Shown here one piece after another: positions 27,446 through 37,322 of a DNA stretch of 64,000 bases (position 1 is the stretch's first letter; each line of letters opens with the position of its first letter). This DNA comes from Candidatus Tanganyikabacteria bacterium. Lineage in GTDB: Bacteria; Cyanobacteriota; Sericytochromatia; S15B-MN24; VGJW01. The stretch lies in NCBI GenBank assembly GCA_016867235.1, contig VGJY01000002.1, positions 2,647 to 66,646 of the forward strand. Reading direction: 5' to 3'. The position numbers and the translations under genes were made by a program. Below the pieces are notes generated by a model. That model was not told the DNA's origin. It searched no databases and saw only the letters and a program-made list of their open reading frames with translations.

Positions 27446-28216
27446 ATGGTGTCAGCAGTCGGGAGCTACCGCGGGGCGATCGCGCCGCGGGTGGCCGGTT
27501 TCGCTCCGTCGGCCCCGGTCTACCCCGGGACGACGCCGCCGGCACAGCCTGCCCCGCAGGGCCCGGTCAACACCCTGCCCGATCCTGCCAACCCGGTGGC
27601 GGCGATCCTGGCCGCGCCGATCAACGCCTCGCTCATCGTCGCCGATCTGGTCCAGGCGCTGTCGCATCCGATCAAGACGATCAAGAGCCTCTGGAGCCTG
27701 ATGGGCAACCTCGGCAAGTTCGATCGGCTCACACCGCTGCAGGCCGCGTCCGGGCCCGCCGCTCGCGATTCCCTGCACGCCGCGGTCGCCGATCTCAAGT
27801 CCAGCGGTCTCACGCACGTCCTCGGTTTTGCCGCCCGCGCCATCGACCGCCGGGCCGGCGTCGCCTTCGCGCAGTTGCGCCCGAGCGTCGAGCAGACGCT
27901 GGGCGGCCGCGCCGGCCGGCCGATCAACCTGATGTGGCCCGCCGCCGGCCGCAACTGGACCGCCCTCGACGACACGATCACGATCCAGAACGTCCTGGCG
28001 CAGTACCCGGACGCCATCGTGCAGAAGGCCTTCATGGGAGTGTCCGAGATCCAGGTGGTGGACCAGAGCTTCCAGGGCTACTTCCAGCCCGTCCGCCGCT
28101 CCGGCGCCGCCTTGATCGTTTCGCGCCCGCTGGGCCTGGTACCCGGCGAGAAGCGCCTTGACGAGTCGCTGATGGCCTACCTCAACGAGGCGGGCCGCGT
28201 CAGCGCCAACTTCTAG
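27446..28216 (+). CDS. Hypothetical protein
   Basis: Long ORF with GC3 bias; no motif recognised. Confidence 0.7.
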   Translation: MVSAVGSYRGAIAPRVAGFAPSAPVYPGTTPPAQPAPQGPVNTLPDPANPVAAILAAPINASLIVADLVQALSHPIKTIKSLWSLMGNLGKFDRLTPLQAASGPAARDSLHAAVADLKSSGLTHVLGFAARAIDRRAGVAFAQLRPSVEQTLGGRAGRPINLMWPAAGRNWTALDDTITIQNVLAQYPDAIVQKAFMGVSEIQVVDQSFQGYFQPVRRSGAALIVSRPLGLVPGEKRLDESLMAYLNEAGRVSANF

Positions 28217-28872
28217 AGCGTCAACTGGCCCGAGACCAGGTCCCGGACGGGCTTGAAGCTCCGGCGGTGCGCCTCGCAGGGGCCCCGTTCGGCCAACGCG
28301 GCCAGGTGCTGGGCGGTCGGGTAGCCCTTGTGGCGATCGAAGCCGTAGGCCGGGAAGCGGGCATGGAGGTCGGCCATGAGCTTGTCGCGGTGCACCTTGG
28401 CCAAGATCGACGCGGCGGCGATCGAGACGCATAGCGCGTCGCCGCCGACGATCGCCTCCTGCGGCACGTCGAGGTCGGGGATCGGGAAGTTGCCGTCCAC
28501 GAGCACGAAGTCGGGCGCGAGGGAGCAGCCGTCGGCTCCTAGCTCCTCGAGCGCACGGCGCATCGCCTCGAGCGACGCTCGCAGGATGTTGAGGCGGTCG
28601 ATTTCGGCCACGTCGCAAAGGCCGACGCCCCAGGCCAGGGCGTGCGCCCGTATCGCGTCGGCACAGGCGTCGCGAGCCCCTTCCGAGAGCTGCTTGGAAT
28701 CGCGCACGTCGCAAAGGGCTTTGCGAGCCTTGCGGTAGCCCCGATCGCCCCGTCCGGGCAAGACGACTGCGGCGGCCACCACCGGCCCGGCCAGGGGCCC
28801 GCGGCCGGCTTCGTCGACACCGGCCACGCGGCGCGAGCCGTACTTCCAGAGGGCAACTTCCCTGGTCCACAT
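28213..28872 (-). CDS. rnhB: Ribonuclease HII
   Basis: [52 protein letters not shown]; ATG at 28872. Confidence 0.95.
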   Translation of the reverse strand: MWTREVALWKYGSRRVAGVDEAGRGPLAGPVVAAAVVLPGRGDRGYRKARKALCDVRDSKQLSEGARDACADAIRAHALAWGVGLCDVAEIDRLNILRASLEAMRRALEELGADGCSLAPDFVLVDGNFPIPDLDVPQEAIVGGDALCVSIAAASILAKVHRDKLMADLHARFPAYGFDRHKGYPTAQHLAALAERGPCEAHRRSFKPVRDLVSGQLTL

Positions 28873-29034
28873 AAGTCTGCGGCCTACAGCGCCAGGCTCG
28901 GGAAGAGGCCGCCGGCCGCAGACCCGGCGCCAAAAGGGCGCCCCGACGGCGCTCGGCGCCGAGCGGCCCCCATCGAAACCCTTCCTTCCATGCCTGCCGA
29001 TCATACCCTGGCGGGAGTGATATCCTGAACGCGT

Positions 29035-31695
29035 ATGGGAGGCTCCGCGGCGCAAGTCGACGCGTTCGTGGCGCGCCAGCCCTTCCCCCTCGACGACTTT
29101 CAGCGTGAGGCGATCGAGCACTTGGCGGCCGATCGGTCGGTGCTCGTCTCGGCTCCCACGGGCGCCGGCAAGACCGTCGTCGCCGAATTCGCCGTCCATG
29201 CGGCCCTGGGAGCGGGGCGCCGCTGCATCTACACCACGCCGCTCAAGGCGCTTTCGAACCAGAAGTTCCGCGACCTGCGCGAGTACCTGGGAGAGGCGGT
29301 CGGCCTGATGACGGGCGACGTCGTGATCAACGCCGAAGCCCGCATCCTCATCATGACGACCGAGATCCTGCGAAACATCTTGCAGACCGACCCGGACCGC
29401 GTCGCCGACGTCTCGCACGTCATCCTCGACGAGGCGCACTACATCGGCAGCGAGGGCCGCGGGACCGTCTGGGAGGAAACCATCGTCTTCCTCGGCAAGG
29501 GCACTCTCGTCGTCGCCCTGTCGGCCACCATCCCCAACGCCCAGGAACTCGCGAGCTGGGTCTCCGAGGTCCACCGGCCCATGAGCGTCGTATTCCACGC
29601 CGAGCGCCCGGTCCCGCTGGATTCTTACGTGGCCACGCCCGACATCCAGCGCCTGTTCGACGCCCGCGGCCGCCTGGCGGTCCGGGCGTTCCGCCTGGAC
29701 GGCTGGGTGGACCTGCCCGATCCGGTGGACGTGGTGCGGGGCCTCAAGCTCAAGCGCATGCTTCCGGCCATCTACTTCATCTTCTCGCGCCTGGGCTGCG
29801 AGCAGACCGCCCAGGATCTCATCGCGGCCGACCTGGATTTGACCACCAAGGACGAACGCCTGGAGATCGCCGCCCGGGTGGAGGAGGCCGTCGCCAAGAC
29901 ACCGGGCCTGCTGGGCTCGACGTCGTCGCGCAAGTGGCTCGACGCCCTGCCCAACGGCGTCGCGCCGCACCATGCCGGCCTGCTGCCGCCCCTCAAGCTC
30001 GTGGTAGAGAAGCTCTTCCAGCGAGGGCTGATCAAGGTCGTCTTCGCCACCGAGACGTTGGCGGCGGGCATCAACATGCCGGCCCGCACGGTCGTCGTCT
30101 CGAACCTCCTCAAGCGAACGGACGACGGCGTCAGGATGCTGCACGTGGGCGAGTTCGCGCAGATGACGGGCCGCGCCGGCCGCCGGGGCATGGACAAGGT
30201 CGGCCACGCCGTCGTGCTCGCCTCGCATCGCTACACGCCGCATGACATCGCCCACCTGGTGCGCGATCCCGTCGAACCGCTGCGCAGCCGCTTCACGCTC
30301 AACTACAACATGGTGGCCAACCTGACGCACCGCTACGAGCCCCCCGCGGCCAAGCGCATCGTCGAGCAGAGCTTCGCCAGTTTCCAGGGCGATCAGGTCA
30401 TCGCGCACCTCGTCGAGCAAAGGCGGGAGGTGCAGCGGCGCCTTGGCCGCATCGACCTGCGTTGCCCGGTCCTCCCCGACGCCGGCCGGGAGGACCTGCT
30501 GGGGCGCTTCGCCACGGCGCGCGGCAAGCGCGACTCTCTCAAGAAGCGCCTGGGCGCCATGATGGCCCAGCGGCGCTACTTGCCGCGGCCCGTCGCGGCC
30601 GAGCGCATCGCCAGGGCGGCCATCGGCTCCTGGCTGCTGGTGCACCTGCCCGGGCGCACCCGCCCGGAACTGGCGCTCCTGCTGCACAGGCAGCTCACAA
30701 GGAGCGGCGACGCCCACTTCACGGTGCTGACCGACCTGCCAGCCCTGATCCGCCTGGGGACCGCGCACCTGGTCGCCGTCCTGGATGCCGCGCCGGTCTC
30801 CGAGCTGCCGCCCCAGCCCGTCCTGGCCAAGGCCGGCGCCCTGTCCTTCCTCCAGCAGATCAAGCCGGCGGGTTACGAGCCGCGTTTCCCGGCGTGGCTG
30901 GAGAGCAGCGGCCTGGACCTGGCCGACTTCGGCTGGACGCTGGAAGAACCGCCCGACATCCGCCGGGCGAAGGCCAAGCTGGATGAAGTCCTGCTGGAGC
31001 TGGGCCGCCTGCCTTGCGTCACCTGCCGGGTCCGGGTCGAGTGCAGCGACCTGGTCGACGAACACCGCCTGCTCGGCAAGGAAGAATCCGCGCTCGGCCG
31101 GGAGATCGAACAGGTCAAGAGCGCCCACTGGCGCGAGTTCCAGGCCCTGCACCGGGTGCTCGAGGAACTCGGCTACATGCGCGGCCGGGAATTGCTCGCG
31201 CGCGGCGCGGCGATCGCCAACATCCGCACCACGAATGAACTCATGGCCGCCGAATGCGTGGCCGGCGGCTTCCTGGAAGATCTGGGCCCGGTAGCGGTGG
31301 CGACCGTGGTGAGCTGCCTGGTCGCCGAGCCGCCGCGCGGCCGGCAGGCCTGGCACCCCCTGCCGTACCGGGACGCCGTCTACAAGATCTGCCGGCAACT
31401 GGCGCTGATCGGCCGCGACCTGGTGAAGGTGCAGCGGCAGTTCAGCGTCGATCTGCCGGTCTACCTGGAGCGCGAGTACGCCGGACTCACGCAGGCCTGG
31501 GCCGAGGGCGGCGCATGGGCCGATCTGGTCGCCGCCTCCGGCATCGACGAGGGGCAACTCGTGCGCCACCTGCGCCAGGTCATCGACTTGCTGCAGCAAT
31601 TGCGCGAGGTGCCGGGGGTCGGGGCGGCGTTCCACGCGAAGGCCCGCGACGCCGCGGCCTTGCTGGATCGCGACATCGTGAAGGAGGTCTTCTGA
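29035..31695 (+). CDS. Ski2/HelY-like DEAH-box RNA helicase
   Basis: [54 protein letters not shown]-like C-terminus. Confidence 0.92.
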   Translation: MGGSAAQVDAFVARQPFPLDDFQREAIEHLAADRSVLVSAPTGAGKTVVAEFAVHAALGAGRRCIYTTPLKALSNQKFRDLREYLGEAVGLMTGDVVINAEARILIMTTEILRNILQTDPDRVADVSHVILDEAHYIGSEGRGTVWEETIVFLGKGTLVVALSATIPNAQELASWVSEVHRPMSVVFHAERPVPLDSYVATPDIQRLFDARGRLAVRAFRLDGWVDLPDPVDVVRGLKLKRMLPAIYFIFSRLGCEQTAQDLIAADLDLTTKDERLEIAARVEEAVAKTPGLLGSTSSRKWLDALPNGVAPHHAGLLPPLKLVVEKLFQRGLIKVVFATETLAAGINMPARTVVVSNLLKRTDDGVRMLHVGEFAQMTGRAGRRGMDKVGHAVVLASHRYTPHDIAHLVRDPVEPLRSRFTLNYNMVANLTHRYEPPAAKRIVEQSFASFQGDQVIAHLVEQRREVQRRLGRIDLRCPVLPDAGREDLLGRFATARGKRDSLKKRLGAMMAQRRYLPRPVAAERIARAAIGSWLLVHLPGRTRPELALLLHRQLTRSGDAHFTVLTDLPALIRLGTAHLVAVLDAAPVSELPPQPVLAKAGALSFLQQIKPAGYEPRFPAWLESSGLDLADFGWTLEEPPDIRRAKAKLDEVLLELGRLPCVTCRVRVECSDLVDEHRLLGKEESALGREIEQVKSAHWREFQALHRVLEELGYMRGRELLARGAAIANIRTTNELMAAECVAGGFLEDLGPVAVATVVSCLVAEPPRGRQAWHPLPYRDAVYKICRQLALIGRDLVKVQRQFSVDLPVYLEREYAGLTQAWAEGGAWADLVAASGIDEGQLVRHLRQVIDLLQQLREVPGVGAAFHAKARDAAALLDRDIVKEVF

Positions 31696-32904
31696 CTACT
31701 CCCGGAAGCGCGGCAAGCTGACGAGAGTGCCGTTGCGGGCCTCGACCCCCACCCGGGGAGCAAACGTCGCGCCCGAGGGGAAGGCGACCCAGAGCGGTTC
31801 CTTGAGCCGGTAGTAGAACGGGTACAGCACGACCGCAGAGCCGGGCCCGAGCCACCCGACCTGCCGCTCCACGTACTCGCTCTCGAGCATCTCGAGGGCG
31901 CGGGGCGAATCCACCCGCGCCTTGGCCAGCAGGTCGGTGCCTGCTCGCCATTGCGTCCACTCCCCGCCGGCCGCGCGCCAGGTGGGGCCGCCGCCGAAGC
32001 GCGGCACCGTGACGTCGATGTCGCCGGCCTTGACCGAACTGGTGGCAGCGAACACCACGTGCCAGTCACCTTCCTTGACCAGGCCCGGCTTGAAGTCCCG
32101 GATATCCCGGGTGTAGGCCAGGTACGGCGCCCAGTCCGCCCCCAACTGACCGCGGACGGCGACCGTCGCCTTCCGCAACGCCCACAGCCCGGATCCCTCC
32201 TCGCCCTCGGGGAGGTCGGCGGGAACCGCGGCCGGCGTCGGGGACGGGGACGCGCCGATCGTCACCGTCGCGACGTCGGCGGTGCGGAGGTTGAGTTCCC
32301 GGGCAAGCCGCTTGTTGTAATCGTCCACCGCGGCCTTGGCGACGTCCTGCGCGAGGTACCTTGGTCGCAACGTCCCGGCCGACTCGCCGACCAGTTCGCC
32401 CAGCAACCAGGCGCCATACAGGGCCATGCCGGCGCCGGCGGCCGCGAGGCCGAAGCCGCGCCAGTCGGCGCCGCAGCCGGCGATCACGGTGGTGTCGTCG
32501 CATGGCACGGCGGGAAACGGCGCCAGGAGCGACGGCGGCAACGTGACCGCGCCCAGCTTGGTCTCGGTCGGCCGCTTGCCGAAGAAGTTGTCGACGGCCA
32601 GCAGCAAGCCCAGCGGCAGCGCCAGGCTGCCGACCTCGACCCGATACAGCCACGAGCGCGTCATGTTGCGCCTGACCCGCCGCTCGAGCTCGGGATCGGC
32701 CGAAGACGTCGCCAGGTCCAGGTCGGAAATGGGCCTCGAGCCGCGCTTGACCGAGTAGGAAGCCGAGCCTTCCGCCTTGAAGTCGATCGCCCGGTCGGTG
32801 TACTCCTTGATCCGCTCGGTCGGATCGTCGGCCACCTCGGCGTCTACCGGGCTCGAAACGGCCAGCAGCGCCGCGAGCGCGACCACGAGACCGGGACGCT
32901 TCAT
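31696..32904 (-). CDS. Hypothetical exported/membrane protein
   Basis: Signal peptide MKRPGLVVALAALLAVSS, internal TMs; ATG at 32904. Confidence 0.7.
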   Translation of the reverse strand: MKRPGLVVALAALLAVSSPVDAEVADDPTERIKEYTDRAIDFKAEGSASYSVKRGSRPISDLDLATSSADPELERRVRRNMTRSWLYRVEVGSLALPLGLLLAVDNFFGKRPTETKLGAVTLPPSLLAPFPAVPCDDTTVIAGCGADWRGFGLAAAGAGMALYGAWLLGELVGESAGTLRPRYLAQDVAKAAVDDYNKRLARELNLRTADVATVTIGASPSPTPAAVPADLPEGEEGSGLWALRKATVAVRGQLGADWAPYLAYTRDIRDFKPGLVKEGDWHVVFAATSSVKAGDIDVTVPRFGGGPTWRAAGGEWTQWRAGTDLLAKARVDSPRALEMLESEYVERQVGWLGPGSAVVLYPFYYRLKEPLWVAFPSGATFAPRVGVEARNGTLVSLPRFRE

Positions 32905-33020
32905 AGCCTCCTCGGGGGGGTGCCGCCCCCCCGAGCCCCCCCGCAGTGTCGTCCGTGACGATCCGCCGGACATCCCTGTCCGGCGAGGGGCGCGTGCACC
33001 GGTGTCGGCGCAGCCGGTGA
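32905..33020 (-). repeat. Structured interspersed element/leader, copy 2
   Basis: Homologous to 27222..27336. Confidence 0.85.
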
Positions 33021-33042
33021 ACAACTCATATGACGGACATCA

Positions 33043-33798
33043 ATGCTAGCATGGGCTGCTTTGAGCGATATCACCGACATCTTCGCCGCGGACAGCCGAC
33101 TTGGCCAGATCCTCATCCGTCGCGGCGTGGTGACGCCGGCCGAACTGGAGGACGCCCTGCGCGTCCAGGAAGCCCAGCCGGAGCGGCAACTCGGAGAGAT
33201 CCTGGTCGCCCAGCACTCGGCCACGCCGAGCCAGATCCGCGAGGCGCTGCGCGATCAGCTTGCCGACGCCCGCCTGGGGCAGATCCTGGTGCGCATCGGC
33301 GCGGTCAAGCCCGAGCACCTCGGCGAGGCCCTGGATCTCCAGGCCGACCGCGGCGGCTTGCTGGGCGAGATCCTGGTCGAGCTGGAATTCTCGACCAAGG
33401 AGCAGATCGCCTGGGCCCTCTCGCAGCAGAACGCCGAGAAGCGTTTCGGGTCGTTCCTGCTGCGGCGCCGCCTCATCGCGCCCGAGCAGCTCGACCAGGC
33501 GATGCGCCTGCTGGGCAAGCGCCCCGACGCCCTGCTGTCGGAGATCCTCGTCGAGGAAGGGTACCTCACCCTCGAGCAGGTGCAGGAAAACCTGCGCTTC
33601 CAGCTGCAGGAAGCCCGCCTGGGCCAGATCCTCATCAAGCAGGGCTCGCTCACCGAGGGCCAGCTCGAGCAGGCCCTGATCCGCCAGGGAGCCACGGGTC
33701 AACTCCTGGGCGAGATCCTGGTGGCCACCGGCCTGTGCACGCTCGAGCAGATCGGGCGCGCCCTCGAAGAGCAGATGGCAACGACAAGCGAGTCGTGA
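33043..33798 (+). CDS. Stand-alone tandem MshEN-repeat protein (4 domains), putative c-di-GMP receptor
   Basis: Eight copies of RLGxILxxxGxxxxxxLxxALxxQ-like motif, no other domain; start may be TTG at 33061. Confidence 0.85.
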   Translation: MLAWAALSDITDIFAADSRLGQILIRRGVVTPAELEDALRVQEAQPERQLGEILVAQHSATPSQIREALRDQLADARLGQILVRIGAVKPEHLGEALDLQADRGGLLGEILVELEFSTKEQIAWALSQQNAEKRFGSFLLRRRLIAPEQLDQAMRLLGKRPDALLSEILVEEGYLTLEQVQENLRFQLQEARLGQILIKQGSLTEGQLEQALIRQGATGQLLGEILVATGLCTLEQIGRALEEQMATTSES

Positions 33799-34931
33799 CC
33801 GAGCGGATCCTCGTTTCCGGCTACTACGGGTTCGGCAACACCGGCGACGAGGCCATCCTCGCCTCGATCGCGCAGCACCTCGGCAAGGCCGGGGAGCTGG
33901 TGGTGCTCTCGGCCAATCCCCGGCACACGGCACTCGAGCACAAGGTTCGCGCCATCTCCCGGCTGGATCTGCCAGCGATCGCGCGCGAACTCGGGCGCGC
34001 CGCGCTGTTCGTCTCGGGCGGCGGCGGTCTCCTGCAGGACGCGACCGGCCCTGGCAGCGTCCCCTACTATGCCGGCCTGCTCAAGATGGCCCAGTGGCGG
34101 CGCGTACCCACCATGTTGCTTGGCGCCGGCATCGGGCCGCTTGGCACGTCGCTGGGACAGGCGCTCACCCGCATGGCGGCGAGCAGGTGCCGGGTCTGCG
34201 CGGTGCGCGACGACCAGTCCGCCCGGATCCTCCAGGCCCTGGGAGTCGAACCGGCGCGCATCGCCGTCACGGCCGACACGGTGCTCGCCCTGGATCCGGC
34301 GGCTCCCGAGCGTGTCGACGAACTGCTGGCCCGCGGCGGCGTCGACCTCGGGCACGCGCCGGCGATCGGCGTGGCGATCCGCCCCTGGCCCACCTGGTTC
34401 GAGCGGCAGTTCAAGGCCTTCTCGGCGGTCCTGGCGCAGGTGGCCGCCCGCGAGGGCGCGCAGGTGCTGCTCATCCCGTTCCAGCGGCCGCACGACGATC
34501 GCATCACGCAGGAACTATACGACTGCTTGCAATTCCGGCCTCACTCGCATGCGCCGCGTGTCACCGTGCTGACCGAGCCGATGACCGCGGCCGAGACGCT
34601 AGGCGTCCTGGGACGCTGCGGCCTGGTGTTCGCGATGCGCCTCCACGCGCTGATCATGGCGGCGGCCTCCTGCGTGCCCTTCGTGGGGGTCGCGTACGAT
34701 CCCAAGGTCGAGCATTTCGCCGCGGCCTGGGACATGCCGGTGGTTCTGGGCGTCGAGGGCCTTGAAGATTCGCGCCGGGTAGAGGATCTCGTCGGCCGCA
34801 TGTGGGGGCAGCGCGAGGTCACGGCCGGCGTCATGCGCCAGTTGCTGCCGCGGCAGCAGGACCTGGCCCGCCAGAACTTCGAGCTGGCGCGGCAGACGGC
34901 CGGTTTGACCGGGGATCTCCAGTGGGTATGA
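33795..34931 (+). CDS. csaB: Polysaccharide pyruvyl transferase CsaB
   Basis: SGYYGFGNTGDEAIL, SGGGGLLQDATG, GIGPL, VRD, MRLHALIMA, YDPKV. Confidence 0.92.
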   Translation: MTERILVSGYYGFGNTGDEAILASIAQHLGKAGELVVLSANPRHTALEHKVRAISRLDLPAIARELGRAALFVSGGGGLLQDATGPGSVPYYAGLLKMAQWRRVPTMLLGAGIGPLGTSLGQALTRMAASRCRVCAVRDDQSARILQALGVEPARIAVTADTVLALDPAAPERVDELLARGGVDLGHAPAIGVAIRPWPTWFERQFKAFSAVLAQVAAREGAQVLLIPFQRPHDDRITQELYDCLQFRPHSHAPRVTVLTEPMTAAETLGVLGRCGLVFAMRLHALIMAAASCVPFVGVAYDPKVEHFAAAWDMPVVLGVEGLEDSRRVEDLVGRMWGQREVTAGVMRQLLPRQQDLARQNFELARQTAGLTGDLQWV

Positions 34932-35743
34932 GTGTTGAGGGCGTGCCGCGGCTGCGCGTACTTGGAATCCCGGTCGATCCCATCGACGCCACCCGGGCCG
35001 CGCGGCTGGTGGCGCGGCATCTGGCCGACGGCACCCCGATCCAGGTGGTCACCATCAATGCCGAGATGGCAATGAACACTCGCGCCGATCCCGCCCTCGC
35101 CGCGGTGATCGGGCAGGCCGGCCTCGTGTTGCCGGACGGCTCCGGCGTGGTCTGGGCCGCGAGGCGCCGCGGCGCCAGGGTGCGCAAGCTGCCGGGAGTC
35201 GAGTTCATTCACGAGATTTGCGCGGCCTGTGCCCGCGCGGGGCGGCCCCTGTACCTGCTGGGGGCGGCGCCCGGGGTCGCCCAGGCAGCGGCCGAGGTCC
35301 TCGCGGCCCGCCACAAGGGCCTCGAAATCGGCGGCGTGCGGGACGGCTACTTCAAGCCGGAGGAAGAGGACGCGGTGCTGGAGGCCATTCGCGAGGCCAG
35401 GCCGGGCGCGCTGCTGGTGGCGCTGGGGGTACCGCGGCAGGAGTTCTGGATCGCGCGGCACCAGGCCGCTCTGGAGGTGCCCGTCGCGATGGGCGTGGGC
35501 GGGAGCTTCGACGTGCTGTCCGGCCGCCTGCGGCGCGCTCCCGGCTGGATGCGCGCCCTGCACCTCGAATGGCTCTACCGGCTCATCCAGGAGCCATGGC
35601 GGTGGAAGCGCATGCTCACGGCGCTACCCACCTTTGCGATCCTTGCACTGGCTTCCGAGAAGCAAGAAAGATACACTGGCTACGGTATGGTAGCGGCGGC
35701 AAGTGGCCAACAGCCTGGCGAGCAAGGAGGACTTCCTCTGTGA
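34928..35743 (+). CDS. WecB/TagA/CpsF family glycosyltransferase
   Basis: VVTINAEM, PDGSGVVWA, DGYF, VALGVPRQEFWI, GVGGSFDV, LEWLYRLIQEPWRWKR. Confidence 0.93.
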   Translation: MSVEGVPRLRVLGIPVDPIDATRAARLVARHLADGTPIQVVTINAEMAMNTRADPALAAVIGQAGLVLPDGSGVVWAARRRGARVRKLPGVEFIHEICAACARAGRPLYLLGAAPGVAQAAAEVLAARHKGLEIGGVRDGYFKPEEEDAVLEAIREARPGALLVALGVPRQEFWIARHQAALEVPVAMGVGGSFDVLSGRLRRAPGWMRALHLEWLYRLIQEPWRWKRMLTALPTFAILALASEKQERYTGYGMVAAASGQQPGEQGGLPL

Positions 35744-36429
35744 TCCGGCTCAAACAGGTCACCAAGGTCTACTCCAACGGCGTACGAGCGCTGATGGGGC
35801 TGAACCTCGAGATCAACCCGTCGGAATTCGTCTTCCTGGTAGGCCCCTCGGGCGCGGGGAAGAGCACGCTGCTCAAGCTGCTCTACCGGGCCGAGGAGCC
35901 CACATCGGGCCAGGTGCTGGTGGGCGGCGTCGAGATCAGCCGCCTGTCCCGCGGCCAGTTGCCGGCGCTGCGGCGACGCATCGGCGTGGTGTTCCAGGAC
36001 TACAAGCTGCTGCCGCAGCGCACGGTCTTCGAGAACGTCGCATTCGCGCTCAAGGTGCTGGGCACGAGCCGGGCCGAGGTCGAGAAGCGCACGCGCAGCG
36101 CGCTGGATCTCGTGGGGCTGCGCGAGTACGCCGACCTCATGCCGGCCCAGCTTTCCGGCGGCCAGCAGCAGCGCGTCTGCCTGGCGCGGGCCATCGTCAA
36201 CACGCCGCCGCTGCTGCTGTGCGACGAGCCCACCGGCAACCTGGATCCCGAGACCAGCTGGGACATCATGCGGTTGCTCACGCGCATCAACCAGCACGGC
36301 ACCACGGTGGTGGTGGCGACCCACAACAAGATGATCGTCGACTCCATGCGCCGCCGCGTCGTCACCGTCGACGGCGGGCGCATGATCCTCGACCAGCAGC
36401 GCGGAGGCTACCCGGTTGGAGTCGGTTAG
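35740..36429 (+). CDS. ftsE: Cell division ATP-binding protein FtsE
   Basis: [42 protein letters not shown]; AAGGAGG SD before GTG. Confidence 0.93.
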   Translation: MIRLKQVTKVYSNGVRALMGLNLEINPSEFVFLVGPSGAGKSTLLKLLYRAEEPTSGQVLVGGVEISRLSRGQLPALRRRIGVVFQDYKLLPQRTVFENVAFALKVLGTSRAEVEKRTRSALDLVGLREYADLMPAQLSGGQQQRVCLARAIVNTPPLLLCDEPTGNLDPETSWDIMRLLTRINQHGTTVVVATHNKMIVDSMRRRVVTVDGGRMILDQQRGGYPVGVG

Positions 36430-37315
36430 GCGGCTCTGGCGCCAGGTCGGCTTCGTCGCCGAGGAGGCGATCGCCTCGATCACCCGCTCCGGGTGGATGA
36501 GCTGGATCGTCATCATCACCATGACGGTGTCGCTGTCCATCCTGGGCGGCGTCTGGCAGCTCTCGGACGATCTCTACGGCCTGTCGCGCGCGATTGGCGG
36601 CAAGGTCGAGGTGATGGTCTTCGTCGCCGAGCAAGGCGATGCCGCGCGGCTGGCCTCCGGCATCCGGGCGATCGAGGGGGTCAGCACCACCGAGGTCATC
36701 CCCAAGGATCGCGCCTGGCAGCAGCTCCAGAAGGAGATGAAGCACCAGGTCTCGTTCGAGAACCTCCTCGACGACAACCCTCTTCCCGACACGATTCGCG
36801 TGAAGGTGCTGGATCCCGACCAGGTCGAACCGGTCGCCACCCGCATTCGCAACCTGCCGGGCGTCGAGGACGTCAACTACGGGCGCGACCTGCTGGCCAA
36901 GGTCCAGCAACTGTCGACGTTCGTGCAGGCCGCGGGCCTCATCATCGTGGGCATCCTGATGGTCGCGACCCTGGCGGTCACCGGCAACACCATCCGCCTG
37001 ACGGTGCAGTCGCGGCGGCGCGAGATCGAGATCATGCAGCTGGTGGGCGCCTCGGCGGGCTTCATCCACTGGCCCTTCATCCTGGAGGGCATGCTCTTCG
37101 GCTTTTTGGGCACCCTGCTCACCAGCGGCCTGCTGGTGGTGTGGCGCGGTTTCGTGCTCGCGCGGTTGCAGGAGCTGTTTCCCTTCGTGCCGCTCGAGCC
37201 CAGCACCGTCCAGACCGTGCGCCTGATGGCCAACCTGCTGCTGGTGGGGATGGGCGTGGGAGCCATGGGCAGCCTGGTGTCGGTCAAGCGCCACCTCTCG
37301 CAGTCGGGAGTCTGA
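36416..37315 (+). CDS. ftsX: Cell division permease FtsX
   Basis: NPLPD, NTIRLTVQSRRREIEIMQLVGAS, PFILEG. Confidence 0.93.
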   Translation: MESVRRLWRQVGFVAEEAIASITRSGWMSWIVIITMTVSLSILGGVWQLSDDLYGLSRAIGGKVEVMVFVAEQGDAARLASGIRAIEGVSTTEVIPKDRAWQQLQKEMKHQVSFENLLDDNPLPDTIRVKVLDPDQVEPVATRIRNLPGVEDVNYGRDLLAKVQQLSTFVQAAGLIIVGILMVATLAVTGNTIRLTVQSRRREIEIMQLVGASAGFIHWPFILEGMLFGFLGTLLTSGLLVVWRGFVLARLQELFPFVPLEPSTVQTVRLMANLLLVGMGVGAMGSLVSVKRHLSQSGV

Positions 37316-37322
37316 CGCTCAT

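Noticed and set aside
28873-31635. Giant N-terminal extension on RNase HII
   Set aside because: It is the antisense shadow of the helicase; rnhB starts at 28872
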